DNA of 38,458 nt, taken from assembly GCA_964436665.1 (NCBI GenBank), contig CAYTDY010000003.1, positions 1 to 38,458 on the forward strand, in the 5' to 3' direction. Below, piece after piece: positions 1 through 7,637 of the stretch. The translations under genes were made by a program, and so were the position numbers. Each line of letters opens with the position of its first letter. Positions within the stretch are counted from its first letter, which is position 1. Origin of the DNA: an uncultured Desulfobacteraceae bacterium. GTDB lineage: Bacteria; Desulfobacterota; DSM-4660; Desulfatiglandales; B25-G16. The notes under the pieces are model-generated. The model was not told the DNA's origin and made no database searches. It saw only the letters and a program-made list of their open reading frames with translations.

Positions 1-13
1 GCACAATATCAGA

Positions 14-544
14 TTACCGGACCTTAATGTAGAACTTGATACCAGCAAATATGGCAGGCCCAATGCCTTCTACCTTTTTGACATCCTCAATTCTTTTATA
101 AGGTCTCTGTTCTCTAAACCTATATATCTTAACAGCTGTAACCGGGCCAATGTTAGGTAGGCTGACTAAATCTTTAAGGCTGGCTGTATTAATGTTGATA
201 GATTCTTTTATTCCCTCTTTTGTCTGATTGAGCTTGAACCTGTAGTAGTGCTCTTCAAGGTGCTTTCTTGCAATCTCTTTGTTTTCAGGCTTTAGCCATT
301 TTTCATTGCTAAAGGTACCCAGACAATAGATTAGCTGGTCAATATCAATATGGCCATCTATATCCTTATATGGAAAGTGTTTTACCTTTTTTCTGTCTTT
401 GTCAATTTCTACCAGGGCAAAAGATGAATCAGGCAAAGATTTTATTTTGGTATCTGGCCATCCCTGACAATTGACTTGATATGGAGAGAAAAATGTAAAA
501 AGGAATATAGAAACAAGAAATACCTTCCCAATATTTTTGATCAT
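14..544 (-). CDS. Secreted ComEA-like helix-hairpin-helix (HhH) DNA-binding protein with an N-terminal domain of unknown function
   Basis: 176-aa ORF. It has a hydrophobic signal-like N-terminus (KVFLVSIFLFTFFSP). The C-terminal ~60 aa (NINTASLKDLVSLPNIGPVTAVKIYRFREQRPYKRIEDVKKVEGIGPAIF) fit the ComEA tandem HhH pattern. Confidence 0.6.
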   Translation of the reverse strand: MIKNIGKVFLVSIFLFTFFSPYQVNCQGWPDTKIKSLPDSSFALVEIDKDRKKVKHFPYKDIDGHIDIDQLIYCLGTFSNEKWLKPENKEIARKHLEEHYYRFKLNQTKEGIKESININTASLKDLVSLPNIGPVTAVKIYRFREQRPYKRIEDVKKVEGIGPAIFAGIKFYIKVR

Positions 545-566
545 AGATACCCCTCAATTAGAAATT

Positions 567-658
567 AGTTCGCTTTGCTCACAATTGGAATGTTGGAATA
601 ATGGGACAATGGAGTAATGGGTTCTAAAATAATGGGATAGTGATTTATTGACAAAATT
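567..658. repeat. Dispersed intergenic repeat, family A, copy 1 (~92 bp)
   Basis: AGTTCGCTTTGCTCACAATTGGAATGTTGGAATAATGGGACAATGGAGTAATGGGTTCT... aligns by eye at roughly 80% identity with 22483-22574. Confidence 0.7.
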
Positions 659-734
659 GGCAAAGTCCTCTTGACCAAGAAATTAATAAACGAGAAGCTT
701 CCTTTTAGAATCATCATCCCATCATTCCACAATT

Positions 735-838
735 CCCTGGCCCAGACCTGATTTGCAGGGTATGGATTCTAAAGACTTCAGTTCCAAAAAACTATAGTGA
801 TAAATGGATTTTCCGATTAAGTCGCACCAGGGCGGGCC
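735..838 (+). repeat. 104-bp repeat, family B, copy 1 (conserved ends, variable interior; MITE-like or structured RNA)
   Basis: The 5' end is CCCTGGCCCAGACCTG and the 3' end is TCGCACCAGGGCGGGCC. The end heptamers CCCTGGC and GCCAGGG are complementary. The ends and the length match 3786-3889 and 38305-38420. Confidence 0.75.
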
Positions 839-923
839 ATTATTCCATATGTGAGGCAAAAGAAAACATCTTTAAAAGGCCCTTTAACTTCAATAAGCTA
901 AAATTCTGATGGATATTAAACGA

Positions 924-1208
924 TTATTCCACAGTGATTCTGTCCTTGTTTAATTTGAAGGTCTTGGGACCTATGCCCTTAACTTTCATGATATCCTCGG
1001 ACAGCTCAAATGGGCCATACTTCTCCCGATACTCTACAATACGTTGAGCTATTTTAGGCCCTACCCGCTTCAGTTGAGTAAGCTCTGCTACTGAAGCTTC
1101 ATTTATATTGATCTTTTTTACCTCCTGGGCTGATAAAAAGGGTACTAAGGATATACTGAGGGCGATTGCCATGGTTAATAACAAAGTTTTTCTACAGTGC
1201 TTCATCAT
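924..1208 (-). CDS. comEA: ComEA family DNA-binding protein (signal peptide plus tandem HhH)
   Basis: 94-aa ORF with the signal-like segment TLLLTMAIALSISLVPFLSA. ININEASVAELTQLKRVGPKIAQRIVEYREKYGPFELSEDIMKVKGIGPKTF is the typical ComEA HhH module. Confidence 0.75.
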   Translation of the reverse strand: MMKHCRKTLLLTMAIALSISLVPFLSAQEVKKININEASVAELTQLKRVGPKIAQRIVEYREKYGPFELSEDIMKVKGIGPKTFKLNKDRITVE

Positions 1209-1249
1209 ATGACTCCTTTTTTTGTTGAGTTTCTCTGAATCTATTTTTC

Positions 1250-1831
1250 CTACTCAAGCATGATGATTTTTTCCGGGGAAATATTTTTCTGCAGAAGCTT
1301 ATTAAATATAGCCTCTTTTGATTCTATAGTAGTTATAATAATCCTATCAAACTCGAGTTTACTTAATTCTGATATAGAGTTAATAGTAAAGCCTAAAAAT
1401 TTTTTCCCTTTTTCTTCATCATCCACCACCCCTATCAGCTTAATATCGGACGTTCTCAAGAAGATAAAGGCGATCTCGGTTAGATCATTTGCACCATAGA
1501 AAATCACCTTTTTTACTCCTGTTTTTTCAAATTCATTCAGTAAATCCTGAAGATTCCTTAGGGCATCTTTGTAAAAATGAAAAGAATACTGGATAAATAT
1601 ATATGTAAGTCGACTTTTTTCAGCAAAACCTTTTGGTGTGAGTATATACTTTACCCGGTTTCTTGGGATATTAGTGATTTTTACATATCCCTTTTTAGCT
1701 AAGCGTTTAATAAAAGAGTTTACCAGTCCAAGGGATATGTTTAGCTTTCTTGCCAGATCCCTCTGGCTTGGGCTTTCCTTATTCCCTATCTCTTCAAGGA
1801 TTTGAAGAGATCTAATGTCTTTGGGGTCCAT
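1250..1831 (-). CDS. Winged-helix (MarR-like) transcriptional regulator with a C-terminal Rossmann-like domain
   Basis: 193-aa ORF. The N-terminal part SQRDLARKLNISLGLVNSFIKRLAKKGYV looks like a wHTH. The C-terminal part KKVIFYGANDLTEIAFIFL...IGVVDDEE resembles a nucleotide- or CoA-binding fold as in Rex-type proteins. Confidence 0.55.
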   Translation of the reverse strand: MDPKDIRSLQILEEIGNKESPSQRDLARKLNISLGLVNSFIKRLAKKGYVKITNIPRNRVKYILTPKGFAEKSRLTYIFIQYSFHFYKDALRNLQDLLNEFEKTGVKKVIFYGANDLTEIAFIFLRTSDIKLIGVVDDEEKGKKFLGFTINSISELSKLEFDRIIITTIESKEAIFNKLLQKNISPEKIIMLE

Positions 1832-2179
1832 CTTAATAATGGGGGGGTTGAAATCAGATATTTATATAAGTTAGTCAGCCAATAGCGGAATTGTTCTTTG
1901 GAGGGTACATGGAAGGCTTATTAAGGCATGGTGCATGGCGCAAAGCGCATGGCGTCTTGAAACCAAAATTTACCATCTTCTCCTGAATTGCTTACGCTAT
2001 GCTCTATGCTCCGTGCTCTCTGCAAGATTGCAGCTCCGCCCCTTAAGTTACACCTAAGAGTGGTTGTAACATGATGATATTAAAGGATTTTTGAACAATT
2101 TTACTGAAATTAAAAAAGCGTTCAAAATATGAACATTTTTTCTGTCTCATGTCAAGTAAAAAATTAATAATGTTCATAA

Positions 2180-2866
2180 TCATGGACAACATCTTTTTAT
2201 TAGGTCCTCCAACCCGATTCCAGCAAGCTCTCTTGCTGTAAGCCATTTACCACCACTCCTCATAAATGTTGAAAGATCAAGCAGGTTCTCTGATAAGGAC
2301 AACTGGGTTTTATCAAAACTGCCTTTCCATAAAATAGCGCCATTATCAGTGCTTACAAGATGAAGGTCAAATGCTACAGAGGCTGATGTCTCGACACCGT
2401 ATTTTGTTCCCATCCTTTCTCTCCAACGGTAAATGTATCCAAATAAAACTGCATCAGAGGAAAATGATTTACCTATCTCTTTTAACATGTCTATTATATC
2501 AATGGTTAAGTTCTGAGAAAGGATAGCTGAATATACGCCTTTTGCCTGCCCGGGTGGGATAAGGTAATATTTTTCAACTTTTCTAAAATAATTAAAGAGA
2601 TCAACGGTCATCTCCTTTGCCACATTATCTGATACAGGCTCTGCCATGAATGTTGCCCCACAGATTGGACATCGAAAGAGACCAGGCTTTTCACCCCCTG
2701 AAAGGGCCACCTTGAATCCTACAACTACAATATTTTCAACCCTCTGGGGAAAAGATTCCCTCCTTTGGGATTGGTATTTAGTTACCTGACAGCTAAAAAG
2801 AAAAATAACAGAAAAAACAAGGAAAAAAAACCTTAATTGGTCTTTAAAAGGTTGAAAAAGATTCAT
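2180..2866 (-). CDS. Putative lipoprotein of unknown function
   Basis: 228-aa ORF. The signal ends in FLFSC, a lipobox-like Cys, and there is a CPICG motif. The start codon overlaps the hisB stop as TAATG. Confidence 0.45.
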   Translation of the reverse strand: MNLFQPFKDQLRFFFLVFSVIFLFSCQVTKYQSQRRESFPQRVENIVVVGFKVALSGGEKPGLFRCPICGATFMAEPVSDNVAKEMTVDLFNYFRKVEKYYLIPPGQAKGVYSAILSQNLTIDIIDMLKEIGKSFSSDAVLFGYIYRWRERMGTKYGVETSASVAFDLHLVSTDNGAILWKGSFDKTQLSLSENLLDLSTFMRSGGKWLTARELAGIGLEDLIKRCCP

Positions 2867-3453
2867 TATAAAAGGCCCTTTGTGGATGGGACATCATTTA
2901 GCCTTTCTTCTCTTTGAGAGGCCTGATCAAGTGCTCTCCCAAAGGCCTTGAAGATCGCCTCAGCAATATGATGAGCATCATCACCAGATAGAAGCTCTAT
3001 ATGCATTGTAATACCTGCATAATTAACAAGGGCTCTGAAGAACTCTTTAAGAAGGCTTACATCAAATTTCCCGGTCAAGGTCTTTTTTAACTGTACCTTG
3101 TACGAAAGATAAGGTCTGTTAGAAATATCAATTACCACATTTGCCAGTGCTTCATCCATAGGGACTATTGCTTGACCATACCTTTTAATCCCTTTTTTAT
3201 CTCCCAGGGCCTTCTTTATGGCCTTACCAAAACAGATGCCCAAATCCTCAACAGTATGGTGATAATCAATCTCTGTATCTCCTTTTGCCCTGACGTTAAG
3301 ATCCATGAAACCATGGGCTGCCATCAAATCAAACATATGCTCAAGGAAAGGTATACCCGTATCAATAGATGATATTCCTGTTCCATCCAAATTTAACTTT
3401 AACTGGATATCTGTCTCTTTTGTCTTTCTTTTAACTTCAGCACTTCTTTTCAA
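2866..3453 (-). CDS. hisB: Imidazoleglycerol-phosphate dehydratase
   Basis: 195 aa. Carries the hallmark motifs RKTKETDI, GIPFLEHM, DYHHTVEDLGI and DDAHHIAEA. Confidence 0.93.
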   Translation of the reverse strand: MKRSAEVKRKTKETDIQLKLNLDGTGISSIDTGIPFLEHMFDLMAAHGFMDLNVRAKGDTEIDYHHTVEDLGICFGKAIKKALGDKKGIKRYGQAIVPMDEALANVVIDISNRPYLSYKVQLKKTLTGKFDVSLLKEFFRALVNYAGITMHIELLSGDDAHHIAEAIFKAFGRALDQASQREERLNDVPSTKGLL

Positions 3454-3487
3454 TTATAACTCCTTATCCTTTAAGATTATAAATTTG

Positions 3488-3563
3488 TGGTGGAGATGAG
3501 GGGAATCGAACCCCTGACCTGTACGTTGCGAACGTACTGCTCTCCCATCTGAGCTACATCCCC
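3488..3563 (-). tRNA. tRNA-Ala (anticodon CGC)
   Basis: The reverse complement reads GGGGATGTAGCTCAGATGGGAGAGCAGTACGTTCGCAACGTACAGGTCAGGGGTTCGATTCCCCTCATCTCCACCA. It has a 7-bp acceptor stem with the G3:U70 Ala identity pair, anticodon loop TTCGCAA, a GGTTCGATTCC T-arm and an encoded CCA. Confidence 0.92.
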
Positions 3564-3785
3564 ACTTTTATGTTAATCTGCCACGTTTTTCTTTTGTATT
3601 CAAGCTAAATATTAGGAAATGTCAGTAGTCCGTTGTATCTTTATTTTAAACAGTTACACCCCTTCTTATCTGACAGGATTTACTGGATCTAAAGGATTTT
3701 CTTTTCTTTTGCCGCCTTTGGCGGCATTGGGTTTTTGTCTTTCCATCCGGGAAGGACAAAAGGGCAACAATAAAAATCTGTCAAT

Positions 3786-3889
3786 CCCTGGCCCAGGCCT
3801 GACTTGCAAAGACTTAGTTTTAGAAATTCAGACTTCGAAATATTGAGAGAACAACATCATGTTCCAAGCAATTCGCGCCAGGGCGGGCC
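3786..3889 (+). repeat. 104-bp repeat, family B, copy 2
   Basis: Reads CCCTGGCCCAGGCCTG...TCGCGCCAGGGCGGGCC, with the same length and termini as copy 1. It lies in the 463-bp non-coding gap between murJ and tRNA-Ala. Confidence 0.75.
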
Positions 3890-4028
3890 TGTTTATCGTG
3901 CTTGCCCCGTTAAATCTGTCTTTCTATTTAACTGGGGTCTAATATATTATGGAAGATAACTTAGAGTTTCTTTCATGAATAACTCTGAAACTAAGCTTCT
4001 GAGTCAGATGCTAAAGGATATCATAATA

Positions 4029-5603
4029 TTAAACTTCTCTTTTAGATACCTTTACTGCCTCCATAAGGGATGATAGTTCCCTGCTTCCTAAAAGCTTTGC
4101 CAAGATAAAATAGATAAAGACCCCCGCTCCTATTATTACCAAAAGCCCTATAGTTAGCCCAAAAAAACTTTGTGTATAATCACCAGCTAAGATCTTAAGG
4201 GTGAGGATATAAATACAGGCACCCATAATAAGAGAGGATCCAAAAGACTTTACCATTGAACTCACTACTACCCTCCCCTCAATGCCCCCAAGCCTCTTTC
4301 TTAATAAAAAAATAAGCATAACAAGTTGCAAGGTGGAAGCAAGGGAGAGGGCCAGGGCCAAACCCCCATGCTCTAAAGGAGTATGCATTAAAACAACAGA
4401 AAAGATGATATTTAAAATCATAGCCACCACTGCCACTTTAACCGGTGTCTTGGTATCTTGTAGAGAGTAAAAGGCTGACACAAAGACCCTAAGGGCAGCA
4501 AATGCCCATAGCCCCAGAGAATAATAAAGAAGGGCGCGGGCAGTCATCGCTGTAGCAAATGAATCAAATGCACCTCTTTGAAATAATACCCTGATAATTG
4601 GCTCTCTAAGAATAATTAATCCCACCATTGCGGGTATAGTGATAAACATGGTTAGTCTCAGGGCATGAGAAAGTGTCTCTTTTAGCCTGACAAGGTCTCC
4701 ATTTGCCGCTTCCCTTGAAAGAGATGGCAAAACGGCTGTGCTTATTGCTATGGCAAAAACACCAAGTGGAAATTGGACAAGCCTGTCAGCATAATAGAGA
4801 TAAGAAACACTGCCCTCCTTGAGAAGGGATGCTAATAGTGTGCCCACTAACTGATTTATTTGATAAATTGCCGAACCAAAGATAATTGGAAGCATTAATA
4901 TACCAATCCTCTTTAAGGCCGGGTGCCCTGGATTCCATTTTGGCGCAAAAGATAGACCTTTAGTCATTAAGAAAGGGATCTGCAGTGTCAACTGTAAAAT
5001 CCCTCCCCCTATTACGCCGATAGCCAGACCCACTGTTGGAATTTTCATGTAGGGGGTTAGGAAAAGAAGGGCAGCAATCATAGAAAGATTTAGAAAGATA
5101 GGGGCCATGGCAGGTGCTGCAAAATGTTTAAGTGAGTTAAGGATGCCCATAAAAAGGGCGAGCACACTAACCAGAAATATATAGGGAAACATGATCCTGG
5201 TTAAAAGAACAGTGAGGGCATATTTTTCACCAATACCTCCAAAGCCCGGGGCGATAATCCTTACAATTAACGGAGAAAAAATAATACCGAGAATAGTGAC
5301 AACTGTTAGAATAAGTAAAAGAGAAGTTAAAACAATCCGTGCCAATAAAAAGGCTTCCTCCTTTGATCTATTCTGTAAGTATTCTGTAAAAACCGGGATA
5401 AAGGATACAGAGAATGAACCCTCTGCAAATAGCCTCCTTAAAAGGTTTGGAATCCGAAAGGCAACAAAAAATGCATCAGCTGACATACCAGAGCCAAAAA
5501 GATTGGCGATAATGATGTCTCTTGCCAATCCCAAGATCCTGCTTAAGAAGGTAAAAACACCAACTATTCCAGCCGCCCTTGTTACAAGCTCATTTTCTCG
5601 CAT
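4029..5603 (-). CDS. murJ: Lipid II flippase MurJ (MviN)
   Basis: 524 aa and polytopic. The N-terminus SRILGLARDIIIANLFGSGMSADAFFVAFRIPNLLRRLFAEGSFSVSFIPVF is the canonical MurJ signature. Confidence 0.92.
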   Translation of the reverse strand: MRENELVTRAAGIVGVFTFLSRILGLARDIIIANLFGSGMSADAFFVAFRIPNLLRRLFAEGSFSVSFIPVFTEYLQNRSKEEAFLLARIVLTSLLLILTVVTILGIIFSPLIVRIIAPGFGGIGEKYALTVLLTRIMFPYIFLVSVLALFMGILNSLKHFAAPAMAPIFLNLSMIAALLFLTPYMKIPTVGLAIGVIGGGILQLTLQIPFLMTKGLSFAPKWNPGHPALKRIGILMLPIIFGSAIYQINQLVGTLLASLLKEGSVSYLYYADRLVQFPLGVFAIAISTAVLPSLSREAANGDLVRLKETLSHALRLTMFITIPAMVGLIILREPIIRVLFQRGAFDSFATAMTARALLYYSLGLWAFAALRVFVSAFYSLQDTKTPVKVAVVAMILNIIFSVVLMHTPLEHGGLALALSLASTLQLVMLIFLLRKRLGGIEGRVVVSSMVKSFGSSLIMGACIYILTLKILAGDYTQSFFGLTIGLLVIIGAGVFIYFILAKLLGSRELSSLMEAVKVSKREV

Positions 5604-5610
5604 AAAAATC

Positions 5611-5639
5611 TTGACACAATTTTAATATTAGTTTACTGT
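5611..5639 (+). promoter_or_regulatory. Candidate sigma70-type promoter for rpsT
   Basis: TTGACA (5611-5616), a 17-nt spacer, then TACTGT (5634-5639). AGGAGG at 5675-5680 lies 6 nt before the GTG start. Confidence 0.3.
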
Positions 5640-5686
5640 TCCACCGGTTAAAAAAATATAGATTTCGAACTATTAGGAGGTAAAAA

Positions 5687-5998
5687 GTGGCAACTCATAA
5701 ATCTGCTATCAAAAGGGACAGACAGAGCAAGGCGCGAAGATTAAGCAATATGGCATACAAAACCAGGGCCAAAAAAGCGATTAAAGATGTGAGACTCGCC
5801 ATAGAAAACAAAAAGATCGAAGATGCAAAGCTATCCCTTAATAAGGCCACCTCTATTCTCCAGAAGGTTCAATCCAAAGGTGCTATACATAAAAATACTG
5901 CGAGCAGGAAGATCTCCAGATTAACCCTCCAGGTAAACAATCTCACTGTTATAAGTTCAGAGGGAAACAAAGACGAAAAATCAGTCCCTCCAAAATAA
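5687..5998 (+). CDS. rpsT: 30S ribosomal protein S20
   Basis: Starts at GTG behind an AGGAGG Shine-Dalgarno (SD) sequence. The N-terminus ATHKSAIKRDRQSKARRLSNMAYKTRAKKAIK is typical of S20. The 3' end overlaps the convergent holA by 50 nt. Confidence 0.9.
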   Translation: MATHKSAIKRDRQSKARRLSNMAYKTRAKKAIKDVRLAIENKKIEDAKLSLNKATSILQKVQSKGAIHKNTASRKISRLTLQVNNLTVISSEGNKDEKSVPPK

Positions 5999-6968
5999 GA
6001 TCGCCCTTTGATCCAGTCTTGATTAATCCATCTGCATCATAAATGTATTTCAAGGCCTCATCGAGTTCTTTTTCCTGCCAGAACCTCTCCTGAGCAATAT
6101 GCTTTTCTATCACAAAATTTGGCAGAGGTTTTAATCTATTTATTACTTCCCTCCTTCCCCCTCCTTTTTTAAGCCCTGACTTGGTCTTCAATATTAATCT
6201 GATCTGCCGGGCCAACATCCCTAAAATTCCTAAGATAGCCTTTGTGTCCCGTCCTTGTGTATCAAAAAGCCTGCTTAAGGCTACTATTGCATGGGAAGCA
6301 TCTTTTTTAGAAACATAATCTACCAGATCGAAAACTGTAAATAGTTTACTAAATACAGCCAATTCCTTTATCTGTTCTACTCCTATACGGTAATTGGGAT
6401 ATCTCAGGGAAACTTTCAATATCTCGCTAAAAAGATCTCTTAAGCTGCTTCCAACCATCTGGTAAAGAAACGCTGATGCATCTTTATCTATACTCAACTT
6501 TAACTCCTTTGACCTCTTTTGTATCCAGCTATATACCTGACGCTCGGATAATTTCTTAAAACTTACTGCCCTACCAAGTTCCTTAAACCTTTTATAAAAA
6601 ACACCTCTCAAATCTGCCTTGCTTGATACCCAAATAATGCAAGTGGAGTCAACTGGGCTGTCCAGATAGGGAAGAAAAAATTCAAGCTCACTTTGACTAA
6701 ATTTCTGAGTTTCCCTAACTATGATCAATCTATGGGGAGACATAAAGGGAAGAGTTCTGGACCTATTCAGTATCTCTTGAGTAGAAACCTCCCCTCCATA
6801 AAGGATCTCTAAATTTAATTCCTTTACTGAATCAGGTATAAAATCCTTCTTGATCCTATCAAGGGTTATTTCAATCCAGAAATCTTCCGGACCATAAAAG
6901 AGATAGAATGGGGCGAGAAGCCCCTTCTTTAAAGAGATTAAGACATTCTCCGGAGTTAAATCTTGCAT
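5949..6968 (-). CDS. holA: DNA polymerase III subunit delta
   Basis: I chose the ATG at 6968 (MQDLTPENVL...APFYLFYGPEDF). It overlaps the lptE stop as TAATG. The longer track ORF to 7115 would run through lptE. The leuS-lptE-holA order is conserved synteny. Confidence 0.8.
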   Translation of the reverse strand: MQDLTPENVLISLKKGLLAPFYLFYGPEDFWIEITLDRIKKDFIPDSVKELNLEILYGGEVSTQEILNRSRTLPFMSPHRLIIVRETQKFSQSELEFFLPYLDSPVDSTCIIWVSSKADLRGVFYKRFKELGRAVSFKKLSERQVYSWIQKRSKELKLSIDKDASAFLYQMVGSSLRDLFSEILKVSLRYPNYRIGVEQIKELAVFSKLFTVFDLVDYVSKKDASHAIVALSRLFDTQGRDTKAILGILGMLARQIRLILKTKSGLKKGGGRREVINRLKPLPNFVIEKHIAQERFWQEKELDEALKYIYDADGLIKTGSKGDLILEGLIFRLCFPLNL

Positions 6969-7552
6969 TAAAACCTTTCCATGGTCTTCGCGTATATTTT
7001 TATTGCAAGGTCGTGTGCAATGGAGATAAGTGCCTGGCGTTGGCTGTGTCGATTTGCTAAGGGATCTGCACTCACTTGAAAGTTGGCCTCCCCAGTAAGG
7101 GTAGAATCCTGCCATATTATCTTTCCCGTTCTCCTGTCTTCCAATTTTACATCCAATCTTATTTTCAGGGTGCGAGATTTAGTTGCCTCATCTATTGAAA
7201 GATAATTATGTATAGTTCGACGAGTTATTGTGTAGGTCAATGGCTCTGTTGTAATAGAAGAAATCCTGCCGCTTAAAACAGCCTGAGCACTATCTTTACC
7301 CTTTATCCTTACTCTGGAATGGCTTATAAATTCCTCTCGGACTATCCTTGTAAATTCACCTTCAAACCCCATGAAAGAAGAAGTGCTGGAAAATAGAGGA
7401 ATGGCTATAGAATTTAGACTCACCCCTATAGGTTCTCCGGCACTTCTGAAATGATAACCACAACCAAAGGTAAGGATGCACGAAATAAATATCAGAAAAA
7501 GAAATAATAGGGTCAGGATTTTACATTGGAAAAAATTTTTCAACTTCGTCAC
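6968..7552 (-). CDS. lptE: LPS-assembly lipoprotein LptE
   Basis: 194 aa with a GTG start. The signal peptide ends FGCGYHFR, matching the LptE-type GCG(F/Y)H(L/F)R N-terminus. It sits between leuS and holA. Confidence 0.7.
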   Translation of the reverse strand: MTKLKNFFQCKILTLLFLFLIFISCILTFGCGYHFRSAGEPIGVSLNSIAIPLFSSTSSFMGFEGEFTRIVREEFISHSRVRIKGKDSAQAVLSGRISSITTEPLTYTITRRTIHNYLSIDEATKSRTLKIRLDVKLEDRRTGKIIWQDSTLTGEANFQVSADPLANRHSQRQALISIAHDLAIKIYAKTMERF

Positions 7553-7637
7553 TAACTGTAAGTATTTTCTTGGATTACAACTCGTTTCTCGTTATTCTAA
7601 CGAGCCTGCCAGCAACAAAGAACGAGCGACGAGTAGA

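Noticed and set aside
3711-3737. GCCGCC-TTT-GGCGGC hairpin followed by GGGTTTTTG, which looks like a plus-strand terminator
   Set aside because: No plus-strand gene lies upstream, since murJ, tRNA-Ala and hisB are all on the minus strand. On the minus strand the stem is followed by an A-rich tract, and the 3-nt loop is tight. It may belong to an unannotated small transcript, but I cannot support that.
5191-5625. 144-aa plus-strand ORF, together with several 60-130-aa ORFs antisense to leuS, ribBA, fabF, gcvP and gcvT
   Set aside because: They lie entirely inside, and antisense to, genes with unambiguous family signatures. Their products are low-complexity with no recognisable motifs or SD sequences, so I treat them as shadow ORFs.
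6969-7115. 49-codon N-terminal extension of the holA ORF, and the 18-codon TTG-initiated extension of nusB at 11350-11403
   Set aside because: The holA extension would overlap lptE by 148 nt, and the internal ATG forms a TAATG junction with the lptE stop. The nusB extension merely translates a GTTTCA/GTTTCC stutter array (VSSFKFRVSSFKK).
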